Below, in pieces: positions 7,876 through 16,483 of a stretch of 64,000 nucleotides of DNA (positions are counted from its first letter, which is position 1; every line of letters starts with the position of its first letter). Both the position numbers and the translations under genes were made by a program. Origin of the DNA: an uncultured Clostridia bacterium (GTDB taxonomy: Bacteria; Bacillota; Clostridia; Christensenellales; UBA1242). The stretch is taken from the NCBI GenBank assembly GCA_944362545.1, contig CALVTJ010000003.1, forward strand, positions 54,006 through 118,005, written 5' to 3'. The notes below the pieces were generated by a model, which worked only from the letters and a program-made list of their open reading frames with translations, searched no databases and had not been told where the DNA came from.

Positions 7876-10428
7876 TTGGCATCACAACAATTAAATTCAC
7901 TCAAAACAATAAACAGCATACAAAGAGATGGCTCTTTGCAGAATTTATTATTGTCAATAAAGCAGGCAAAGACCGATGTTGAGGCTTTTGCAAAAATTTT
8001 GACAGAACAGAAAAACAAAGTTCAGACAGAAATGTTGGAAAAACAAAAAGAAGCGGAAAGAAAGGCACAGGAACTTGAAAAGGAAAAACTTGCAGAAGTT
8101 CAGAAAGAAGAGAAAAAGTCTGTTGTAGAAGAAGTTGTTGTGAAGAGAGAAGAGAAGAAGGACCAACCAAAGTCTGAGAACAAAATCTTTTCACAAGGAA
8201 ACAACCAAAACAACAATTTCCGCAAGTTTGACCAACAAAATGGCAGACCGCAGAGAAATAATTCAAACTTCAATAATCGAAGCGGTCAGGGCAAATTTGG
8301 GCAGAAGAATTTTGTTGGGAATCAAAATCGACCAAATGGACAATTTGGAGGACAATCCAACCGAAATGGTCAAAATTTTGGACAGAATAGAAACAAAAAC
8401 AACTCCTTTGTTTCGACCAGAGCAAACAATTTCAAATCTTTTGCACCAACAGAAAGCAGTGCGGTTTTGGCACAGCCAGAGCGTAATTTTGGGAACAAAA
8501 ACAAGCAAAGAAGAAACATTGATGAGAGCAAGAGAATAAGTGCAAGACAGAGAGCAAACTATGCAAAACAAGGGGCACTTATTTTGGATGATAGTTTTGA
8601 AGAAACGATTATGGGTTCGAGAAAACTTATCAAAAAGAAGAGAGAAACTCCAACGGTTGTTGCCCCAACCATCACTCATGCCGTTTTGACTTCAAGAGAA
8701 CTTACGGTAAAGGAATTGAGTGAAAAGATTGGAAAACCTGTTGCTGAAATTGTCAAAAAACTCATGCTTTTGGGCGTTATGGCAACTATCAACAGCACCA
8801 TAGATTTTGACACTGCCGAACTTGTTGCAAACGACCTTGGCGTGACACTTGAATTGAAACCTGACAAGACATATGAAGAAAAACTTTTGGATGCTTCAAA
8901 GGATGAAGATAATGACAAAGATTTGGTAAAGCGTCCACCTGTTGTCACAGTTATGGGACATGTTGACCACGGCAAGACTTCCCTTTTGGATGCATTTAGA
9001 AAGACACATGTGGTTGCCGGTGAAGCGGGCGGAATCACTCAAGAGATTGGTGCTTATCAAATTTCATTTAATGGTGAAAAAATCACCTTCATCGACACTC
9101 CAGGGCATGCAGCATTCACTGCAATGCGTGCAAGAGGAGCAGAAGTGACAGATATTGCCATTTTGGTTGTTGCTGCCGATGATGGTGTTATGCCACAGAC
9201 CATTGAGGCAATTGACCACATCAAAGCAGCAAAGGTGCCGATGATTGTGGCAGTAAACAAGATGGACAAATCGGGAGCAAATCTAGAAAGGATTAAACAA
9301 CAACTTGCCGAACATGGCGTTTTGCCAGAAGATTGGGGTGGAGATGCGATTTGTGTTCCAATTTCTGCAAAAACAGGAATGGGGCTTGATGAACTCAAAA
9401 AGACCATTTTGCTTGTTGCGGAAATGGAAGATTTGAAGGCAAATCCAAACAAAATGGCTCGCGGAACTGTCATTGAAGCAGAACTCGACAAGAACCGTGG
9501 ACCTGTGGCAACAGTGCTTGTTCAAAACGGAACCTTGCATGTTGGCGATTCCATCATGTCTGGAATAACATTTGGAAAGGTCAAGGCAATGTTTGATGAA
9601 AACGGGAAAACCATAAAAAAAGCAGGGCCATCAACCCCTGTCGCTGTTATGGGCTTTAATGATGTGCCAAATTCTGGCGATGCCGTTTATGCGGTGGATG
9701 AAAATCTTTCAAAACAAGTTATTCATGAGAGAATTGACAAAATCAAACAGGAGCGTGCAAAGCACACTTCTGGTGTCACTGCAGATGACTTTATGTCAAG
9801 AGTGCATGAAGGTAATTTGAAGAGTCTTAACATCATCATCAAGGCTGACACACAGGGCTCTGTTGAGGCGTTGAAAGCATCACTTGAAGCAATACGAAAC
9901 GATGAAGTGCGTGTTGTTTGCTTGCATAGTGCTGCAGGTGCAATAACAGAAAGTGATGTTGCGCTTGCTCAAACTGCAAATGCAACAATTATTGCATTCA
10001 ACCTTAAAACTCCAAGCAAAATCATGCAAATGGCAGAAAGTGCCAAGGTGCAAGTAATTGAGTCAAAGATTATTTATGAAGTTGTCGACCAAATCACCAG
10101 ACTTTCAAAGGGAATGATGGCAATTAGGTATGAAGAAAAATATATTGGCAGTGCCGAAGTGCGTATGGTGTTTAAACTCTCTTCAGCAGGGAAGGTTGCA
10201 GGCAGTTATGTGCTTGATGGCAAAATTCAACGCAATGGTATTGTCAAAGTTAAACGCAAAAACGAAGTTATTGGACAGAGCACGATTGATTCTTTGCGCA
10301 TTGTGAAGGATGAAAAGAGTGAAGTTGCCAAAGGCTTTGAGTGCGGTATCAAATTGAAAGATAACATCGACTTCCAAGAAGGTGATGTTTTGGAATGTTA
10401 TGTTAAAGAACAAGTCAAAGTAAATTAA
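7876..10428 (+). CDS. infB: Translation initiation factor IF-2
   Basis: RPPVVTVMGHVDHGKT, DTPGHAAF, NKMD; TTG start after AAGGAG. Confidence 0.98.
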   Translation: MASQQLNSLKTINSIQRDGSLQNLLLSIKQAKTDVEAFAKILTEQKNKVQTEMLEKQKEAERKAQELEKEKLAEVQKEEKKSVVEEVVVKREEKKDQPKSENKIFSQGNNQNNNFRKFDQQNGRPQRNNSNFNNRSGQGKFGQKNFVGNQNRPNGQFGGQSNRNGQNFGQNRNKNNSFVSTRANNFKSFAPTESSAVLAQPERNFGNKNKQRRNIDESKRISARQRANYAKQGALILDDSFEETIMGSRKLIKKKRETPTVVAPTITHAVLTSRELTVKELSEKIGKPVAEIVKKLMLLGVMATINSTIDFDTAELVANDLGVTLELKPDKTYEEKLLDASKDEDNDKDLVKRPPVVTVMGHVDHGKTSLLDAFRKTHVVAGEAGGITQEIGAYQISFNGEKITFIDTPGHAAFTAMRARGAEVTDIAILVVAADDGVMPQTIEAIDHIKAAKVPMIVAVNKMDKSGANLERIKQQLAEHGVLPEDWGGDAICVPISAKTGMGLDELKKTILLVAEMEDLKANPNKMARGTVIEAELDKNRGPVATVLVQNGTLHVGDSIMSGITFGKVKAMFDENGKTIKKAGPSTPVAVMGFNDVPNSGDAVYAVDENLSKQVIHERIDKIKQERAKHTSGVTADDFMSRVHEGNLKSLNIIIKADTQGSVEALKASLEAIRNDEVRVVCLHSAAGAITESDVALAQTANATIIAFNLKTPSKIMQMAESAKVQVIESKIIYEVVDQITRLSKGMMAIRYEEKYIGSAEVRMVFKLSSAGKVAGSYVLDGKIQRNGIVKVKRKNEVIGQSTIDSLRIVKDEKSEVAKGFECGIKLKDNIDFQEGDVLECYVKEQVKVN

Positions 10429-10472
10429 AAGATTAAGGGTTATTGTGCCCTTTTTCTTGTTTAAAGGAGAAA

Positions 10473-10841
10473 ATGATGAGCAACAGAATGGAAAGAGCAA
10501 ACAGCGAAATTCAGCGTTGTTTGATTCAAATCATAAAGGACAAAATGAATGACCCAAGACTTGACAAAATTGTCAGCATAACAGAGGTCAATGTCACACC
10601 TGATTTCAAGTATTGCAAGGCGAAGGTGAGTGTGGTGAAGCCGGAGGAGATGGCGGATGTGGTCAAAGTTTTGCAAAAGAGTGAGGGCTACATCAAAAGA
10701 GAACTTGCCAAAATGGTGGACATGCCACAGGTACCAAAAATCAATTTTGTGGTGGACAAAAGCACGCTCAATTCAATTCGTGTTGAAGAAATTTTGAGAA
10801 ACTTGAACATTCCGAAGGAGAGTGAGGATGACAACAAGTAG
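10473..10841 (+). CDS. rbfA: Ribosome-binding factor A
   Basis: DPRL..VSITEV.VTPD, P.I.F.VD.S; SD AAGGAG before ATG 10473. Confidence 0.93.
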   Translation: MMSNRMERANSEIQRCLIQIIKDKMNDPRLDKIVSITEVNVTPDFKYCKAKVSVVKPEEMADVVKVLQKSEGYIKRELAKMVDMPQVPKINFVVDKSTLNSIRVEEILRNLNIPKESEDDNK

Positions 10842-11802
10842 AATTTTGGCGAAAATCAAACTTGCACAAAGAGTGGCAATTTTTGGACATATAAATCCCG
10901 ATCCAGATGCTTACGGTGCGATGTTTGCTATGCGTGAGTTGTGCCGACAAGTCGGTGTGGAAGCAGAAATCTTTGCAATTAAAAACAAGGATTGCTATCT
11001 TGACTTTCTTTTTCCATTAAATGAACTGAAAACGGACTTTAAAGCAGAAAATTTTGACCTTGTTATTCTTCTTGACTTGCATCTTTTATCGCGAGTTGAC
11101 AGTTTGTTTGCGGTGGAACTCTCAAACCACAAAAACATCATTGTCATTGACCACCACAAAGTTATGGATGGCGATGTTTTGCCGACAAAAAGCACTTTGA
11201 TAAAAGATGACTATGCGGCGACCTGCGAAGTGTTGACCGGTTTTGCCGTGGAGAATAATTTGAAGATAACACCACAGATCGCAACATATCTTTACACCGG
11301 ACTTATGGGTGACACTGACAGATTTTTGCATAACAATTTAACAACACATGTGTTTGAGACAGCCCTCACTCTTTTCAAGAGTAAGGCAAATGTGCAATTT
11401 ATTTACAACTATCTTTACAGATACAAAACCCCTGAACAACTGCGCATAAACAAATTTTTGCTTGATAACATGGTCTTTACTGCAAAGGACAGGGCTCTGT
11501 ATGTTATTTTTGGTTTGGATGACTTAAAAAAACTTAATGCTGACCAAGAGAGCGTAAAAGTTTTTACAAACGATTTGGTAAATGTCAAGGGCGTGGAAGT
11601 GTCCTTTATGTGCATTGAATATCAAAAAGACTTCTTCAAATTTAGTTTGCGTGCAAAAAATGGCATAAACACCGTAAACTTTGCCAAGAAAATGGGTGGC
11701 GGTGGTCATGTCTGCGCCTCTGCATTTGAGATGAAGATTTCTAGGAATAAACTTCAAAAGATATTGCCAAAGTGGGCAAAGGAGATTTTGAATGGCAAAT
11801 AG
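10828..11802 (+). CDS. nrnA: DHH-family bifunctional oligoribonuclease/PAP phosphatase
   Basis: H.NPDPDA.G, IDHH, DT..F, SLR, GGGGH motifs. Confidence 0.92.
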   Translation: MTTSRILAKIKLAQRVAIFGHINPDPDAYGAMFAMRELCRQVGVEAEIFAIKNKDCYLDFLFPLNELKTDFKAENFDLVILLDLHLLSRVDSLFAVELSNHKNIIVIDHHKVMDGDVLPTKSTLIKDDYAATCEVLTGFAVENNLKITPQIATYLYTGLMGDTDRFLHNNLTTHVFETALTLFKSKANVQFIYNYLYRYKTPEQLRINKFLLDNMVFTAKDRALYVIFGLDDLKKLNADQESVKVFTNDLVNVKGVEVSFMCIEYQKDFFKFSLRAKNGINTVNFAKKMGGGGHVCASAFEMKISRNKLQKILPKWAKEILNGK

Positions 11803-12661
11803 ACCACTTTTTGAAAAGAGCGGAATTGTGCTGGTTGACAAGCCGGCAGGTGTTTCATCAAACAAAGTGGTAAACATTGTCAAATTCAAACTTGGAGCGA
11901 AAAAGGCAGGGCATCTTGGCACACTCGACCTTGAGGGTGAAGGTCTTTTGCCGGTGACTGTCAACAATGCCACCAAACTTTTTGATTTTTTCTTAAATAA
12001 AACAAAGACATATGAAACAGTGTTTGTCTTTGGTGTTGAAACGGACACACTTGACATGTCGGGACAGATTTTGAGAGAAAAAGAATGTCATTTGTCGCTA
12101 AAACAGGTGGAAGATGTGGCAAAGGGGATGATTGGCAAATACAATCAAATGCCACCGCAATATTCTGCAAAAAAAGTGGGCGGGAAAGTTGCATACAAAG
12201 AAGCACGAAAAGGTAAGGCTTTGGAACTTAAACCAAAGGAAGTTGAGATTTTTGACTTCAAACTTATATCGCAGGAGGGCGAAAACAAATTTCGCTTTCA
12301 AATCACTTGTTCAAGCGGAACATATATCCGCTCAATCTGTCGTGATATGGCAGAAAAATTGTCCACCTATGGTAGTATGCAGTGCATACTACGCACAAAA
12401 TGCGGAGATTTTGACTTAAAAGATGCCTATACCTTTGAAGAAATCAAAGATGGCAATTTTGAAGTTCTGTCATGTGAAAATTTGTTTGATTTTGCCAAAG
12501 TTTTGCTTTTGCATGAAGATGTTGAAAAACTTTTTCATGGTCAAAGGTTGTCACTTTTCAAAGAGAATGGTCTTGTGAGAATTTTCGATAAAACTCAAAA
12601 AACTTTTGTTGGCATCGGCGAAGTGGTTGACAATATTTTGAAACTTGTTTTAAGATTGTGA
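11792..12661 (+). CDS. truB: tRNA pseudouridine(55) synthase
   Basis: DKPAGVSS, GHLGTLD, PP.YSA.K..G, CSSGTYIRS. Confidence 0.96.
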   Translation: MANRPLFEKSGIVLVDKPAGVSSNKVVNIVKFKLGAKKAGHLGTLDLEGEGLLPVTVNNATKLFDFFLNKTKTYETVFVFGVETDTLDMSGQILREKECHLSLKQVEDVAKGMIGKYNQMPPQYSAKKVGGKVAYKEARKGKALELKPKEVEIFDFKLISQEGENKFRFQITCSSGTYIRSICRDMAEKLSTYGSMQCILRTKCGDFDLKDAYTFEEIKDGNFEVLSCENLFDFAKVLLLHEDVEKLFHGQRLSLFKENGLVRIFDKTQKTFVGIGEVVDNILKLVLRL

Positions 12662-12673
12662 TAAGGAGAAAAA

Positions 12674-13558
12674 ATGGGAAGAGTTCTTTTTGGACCAGCG
12701 GGAAACAGCCTGTCATTTTATGAACAGGGGCACAAGTCCACAATGGAAACAGCACAGTGGCTCACAGCACAGGGTAATGAATTTTTCAGTGGTGGACTTG
12801 ACCTTTTTGAATACAGTTTTGGACAAGGATATCGCATGAAAAGTGAACTTGCCGAGCAGATTGGCAAGGAGTTTGCAAAGTATGGCATTGAGTTGTCTCT
12901 TCATGCACCATATTTTATCAATTTTGCCAATCCTGATGATGTGATGTATCAAAAATCACTTGGCTACATAAAGACCGGCATAAAATTTATGCACGCCTTT
13001 GGAGCAAAGCGCATGGTGTTCCATTCGGGCTCTTGCGGAAAGGAAACTCGTGAAAATGCTTTGAAGTTGATGACAGCGCGTTTTCACGAATTTATGCCCG
13101 AAATTGAGGCAGAACTTGATGATGACATGTTTATATGTCCGGAAACTATGGGCAAGACCATGCAGATTGGCACTTGGAAAGAAATTATTGACCTTTGCAC
13201 CATATCAAAGAAACTTTTGCCAACCTTTGACTTTGGACATATCAATGCACTGACTCAGGGCAGTTTGAAAAAGGAAGAAGACTATCAAAGGGTGTTTGAT
13301 TATGCTTTTGAAAAATTGGGCGATGAGCGAGCAAGAAATGCTCATGTTCACTTTTCGAAGATTGAATATGGACCAAAGGGAGAGATAAGGCATTTGACAT
13401 TTGCCGACACAGTTTATGGCCCAGAATTTGAACCATTTTGTGAGTGCCTTGTCAAAAACAATCTCTCTTGTCATGTTATAAGCGAGTCAAACGGCACAAT
13501 GGCAGAGGACAGTGTGGCAATGAAAAAAGATTATCTTCAAGCAAAAGGAAACATTTGA
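12674..13558 (+). CDS. Endonuclease IV-like TIM-barrel protein (archaeal-type Nfo)
   Basis: FGPAG start, S.HAPYFIN, VFH.G, PETMGK..Q.G, DFGH, H.HFS.IEY..KGE.RH, ISES. Confidence 0.85.
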   Translation: MGRVLFGPAGNSLSFYEQGHKSTMETAQWLTAQGNEFFSGGLDLFEYSFGQGYRMKSELAEQIGKEFAKYGIELSLHAPYFINFANPDDVMYQKSLGYIKTGIKFMHAFGAKRMVFHSGSCGKETRENALKLMTARFHEFMPEIEAELDDDMFICPETMGKTMQIGTWKEIIDLCTISKKLLPTFDFGHINALTQGSLKKEEDYQRVFDYAFEKLGDERARNAHVHFSKIEYGPKGEIRHLTFADTVYGPEFEPFCECLVKNNLSCHVISESNGTMAEDSVAMKKDYLQAKGNI

Positions 13559-13569
13559 TTTTAAAAATT

Positions 13570-14616
13570 ATGAGAGAGAAAAACGAAGGTATTGAATTTG
13601 GCAAATTGGATTTGTCCTTTACTGACAATTGGGACCCGGTGGATGTTGAAACATTCAAAATTGACAGACCGGTTGTCTTTACTTTTGGCGGGCATGGGAC
13701 AGAAGACAGGAGAAAGGCACTTGGATATTGCAAACTTGCAAAGAGTCTGCTTGGAGTGTTTTGCGAAGATGCTGATGTGATTGCGGTGAATTACAATAAT
13801 GCCTTAAAGAATATTGCAGATGATTCAAAGAGATTGGAAATTTTAAATCAAACAATGGGAAAATGGTTTGTTCCACTCATTGAAAAGGATGGAAAAAGAC
13901 TTCCACTTGTTGATGCTTGCAAGAATATGCGCAGAGTTAACATTTTGTGTCATTGTTTTGGTGCAAAGGTGGCGGAAAGCTTGGAAAAACTTCTCTCTGA
14001 TAAAATGCAAAATTTGGGATATTCAACAAAAGAAACAAATCAGATTTTGGAACAGATTTTTGTGGTTTCTTATGCCAGCATGGTTGATGACAACAAAATG
14101 CGTTTCAAATTTTTGGATGTCACTTCGCCGGAAGATGATATGTTGTTTGTCAGTGGTTATTGGACATGGAACAAATTGCTTGAGAAGATGGGTGAAGTTG
14201 ATTTCTCACCCGTGGACCTTGAAAAATTGAAAAAAATTAAACCGAAGGGAAACGAACATTTTGATGTTTACGACATTTATGAGAACAAAGAAAGATGTTT
14301 TGTTTTCAAAGAGAAAAATGGACTCTATCTTGCCACAACTCATCTTCACAAAAGTGACACATATGACCACTCCATTTGCGAGATGAAAAGAAACATGGAT
14401 TGGTCGGCTCACAAAAATGCTTCAAAGGCGGGCGATTTTGTTTCGCGCTGTCTTGCGTGTGCGCTGTGTCACGCTGTGGCGGACTCTGTCCTGACAATGA
14501 GAGAAGACAAACTTGTTCCTGTCAATCTTGAAGAATTGAAAAAAGAGATTGAAAGTGTTGTCACACCATTAAACAAGGAGACAAAAGATTATTTGAGCGA
14601 AGGTCTTGGAAAATAA
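13570..14616 (+). CDS. Hypothetical protein, possible alpha/beta-hydrolase fold
   Basis: Long ORF on the coding strand; PVVFTFGGHG and NILCHCFGA elbow-like motifs; start codon uncertain. Confidence 0.65.
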   Translation: MREKNEGIEFGKLDLSFTDNWDPVDVETFKIDRPVVFTFGGHGTEDRRKALGYCKLAKSLLGVFCEDADVIAVNYNNALKNIADDSKRLEILNQTMGKWFVPLIEKDGKRLPLVDACKNMRRVNILCHCFGAKVAESLEKLLSDKMQNLGYSTKETNQILEQIFVVSYASMVDDNKMRFKFLDVTSPEDDMLFVSGYWTWNKLLEKMGEVDFSPVDLEKLKKIKPKGNEHFDVYDIYENKERCFVFKEKNGLYLATTHLHKSDTYDHSICEMKRNMDWSAHKNASKAGDFVSRCLACALCHAVADSVLTMREDKLVPVNLEELKKEIESVVTPLNKETKDYLSEGLGK

Positions 14617-14668
14617 AGGTTTGACAGAATGTATGGGCAAGAAATTATCTAAAAATTGTTGAAAACAG

Positions 14669-14697
14669 TTGTCAAAAGCACAATGATGTGTTAAAAT
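14669..14697 (+). promoter_or_regulatory. sigmaA promoter of efp
   Basis: TTGTCA-17 bp-TAAAAT with TG extension. Confidence 0.55.
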
Positions 14698-14736
14698 AAA
14701 ACTGTTAAGAAAATTATTTATTAGGAGATTTAAAAT

Positions 14737-15297
14737 ATGGTCACAGCAGGAGATTTTAGAAAAGGCACAACTTTTGAAATGGATGGAAATGTTTACAGTG
14801 TTGTTGAATTTATGCACGTAAAACCAGGAAAGGGCTCTCCATTTGTTAGAGCAAAAATCAAAAATGTCATGACAGGTCAGGTTCAGGAGACAACATTCAA
14901 CCCTTCCGACAAATTTCAAGATGCAGTGATTGAAAAGAAAGAAATGCTCTATCTTTATCATGATGGCGATCTTTATTACTTTATGGACAATGAAACCTAC
15001 GAACAGATGCCATTAAACAAGGATGTTGTTGCCGATGCACTCAACTTTGTCACAGAGAACATGCCAACCACAATGTATATGTATAAAGGTGTTCCGTTTG
15101 CAGTTTATCCACCAACTTTTGTTGAACTTGAAGTTGTGGACACCGAACCGGGCATTCAAGGCGACACTTCAAAACAGTCACTCAAACCAGCCACACTTTC
15201 CACAGGTTATGTCATTCGTGTTCCACTTTTTGTAAACACTGGCGACATCATCAGAGTTGACACAAGAGATGGCTCATACATGGAAAAAATTAGATAA
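14737..15297 (+). CDS. efp: Elongation factor P
   Basis: [31 protein letters not shown]. Confidence 0.98.
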   Translation: MVTAGDFRKGTTFEMDGNVYSVVEFMHVKPGKGSPFVRAKIKNVMTGQVQETTFNPSDKFQDAVIEKKEMLYLYHDGDLYYFMDNETYEQMPLNKDVVADALNFVTENMPTTMYMYKGVPFAVYPPTFVELEVVDTEPGIQGDTSKQSLKPATLSTGYVIRVPLFVNTGDIIRVDTRDGSYMEKIR

Positions 15298-15308
15298 AAT
15301 TTGAATTG

Positions 15309-15343
15309 AAAAAAGGATAATGCTTGATACATTATCCTTTTTT
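15309..15343. terminator. Bidirectional intrinsic terminator between efp and the MerR gene
   Basis: AAAAAAGGATAATG-cttgata-CATTATCCTTTTTT perfect inverted repeat between convergent genes. Confidence 0.85.
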
Positions 15344-15370
15344 GCAATATTTTTTGTCTCATTTGGCAGA

Positions 15371-16384
15371 TTATTTTTGCTTTTTGAAGACATAAAATTT
15401 TGGCTTCAAATTGCCATAGATGTAATCGCCAGATTTATGTTCCATGAAAAGATAGGTTTCGCTGTTGATATCCTTGATTTTGTAGTGTTGAGTCACTTGC
15501 CAATCTTTGTTGATGATATAGTCCTTTGTCCATGTGACAAAGTTCTGTTTGCTTGTTCCATCAGAAAAGGTCATGATACTCTGTCCATTGTCCAAAATAA
15601 CCAAAGTTTTATACATATATGAGGCTTTGTTTTCTTCGCTATTAAAATCTTTTATATCCTTGACAAATCCGCAAACATTCCAAATGCCCTTAAGTTTTTT
15701 GTCATCAACAAAAGGCAAATCGGTGTTGTCTTTTTTGATTAACTCTTCTTGTGTGTAGGGTCTGTGGTCAACATTTTCATAGACAGTGTAAAATTCTGGT
15801 TTGTTTTCTTTGTCCCAATCTATTGCAATGACAAGGTCATCGCCAACAAATTCATATTTCATTGGAACATCATTCAAAAAGATATAGCCCTTTGTCCAAA
15901 AATAAACAACCCAAAAGTCCTTTCCGTTAGGCAGAAAAACAAGTTCTTTCAACAAATAGTTTTTGTCCTGTTCCAAATTGCCATTCATGACATCATCTTT
16001 TTTATAGGCGATGCCTTTAAGTTTCCATTTTCCAATCAATTTTTGGTCATTGATAAAATTTTTCATAATAAACTCTCCTTTTTCGTTTTTGTAAAGGTTG
16101 GAGATATTAGAAATGGATTTTTTCAAATTTTTCGCTTTCTTTTTAAGTTCCTGAATCTTTTTCATCAAAGTTTTGTCATTCAAATTTTTGATTTCCGCTA
16201 GCCTGAAACCATTTTCTTTGAGATAGACAATCTTCAAAAGTTGTTCGATATTATTTTCATCAAAGCGTCTGTATCCTGTGACAGAATCAACTTCTGCGGG
16301 AGTAAACAAGCCGATGTCTTCATAATATCTTATTGTCTTGATAGGAACATTTGTGATTTTTGAAAATTCTCCGATTTTTAACAT
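15371..16384 (-). CDS. MerR-family regulator with a tandem duplicated C-terminal beta-barrel-like domain
   Basis: MLKIGEFSK..TIRYYE.IGL..P..VD..TGYR MerR HTH plus coiled coil; two repeats F..D.KL.G.W...WTK.YI; AAGGAG SD before ATG 16384. Confidence 0.9.
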   Translation of the reverse strand: MLKIGEFSKITNVPIKTIRYYEDIGLFTPAEVDSVTGYRRFDENNIEQLLKIVYLKENGFRLAEIKNLNDKTLMKKIQELKKKAKNLKKSISNISNLYKNEKGEFIMKNFINDQKLIGKWKLKGIAYKKDDVMNGNLEQDKNYLLKELVFLPNGKDFWVVYFWTKGYIFLNDVPMKYEFVGDDLVIAIDWDKENKPEFYTVYENVDHRPYTQEELIKKDNTDLPFVDDKKLKGIWNVCGFVKDIKDFNSEENKASYMYKTLVILDNGQSIMTFSDGTSKQNFVTWTKDYIINKDWQVTQHYKIKDINSETYLFMEHKSGDYIYGNLKPKFYVFKKQK

Positions 16385-16405
16385 CTTTTTCTCCTTTACA
16401 GCCAC

Positions 16406-16436
16406 ACTTTATCACTACAGTTGACTGGAGAGTCAA
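16406..16436 (-). promoter_or_regulatory. MerR-type promoter/operator (19-bp spacer with dyad)
   Basis: Minus strand TTGACT-[CTCCAGT-CA-ACTGTAG-TGA, 19 bp]-TAAAGT directly upstream of the MerR gene. Confidence 0.85.
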
Positions 16437-16483
16437 TAGTTTTTTTTAAAAATTTTATATTTTTTGTAAATTCATTCTGTTTT

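Noticed and set aside
13444-13569. Upstream extension of the hypothetical ORF overlapping the endonuclease IV gene
   Set aside because: Overlap of about 115 bp with no SD; ATG 13570 just after the upstream stop is more plausible
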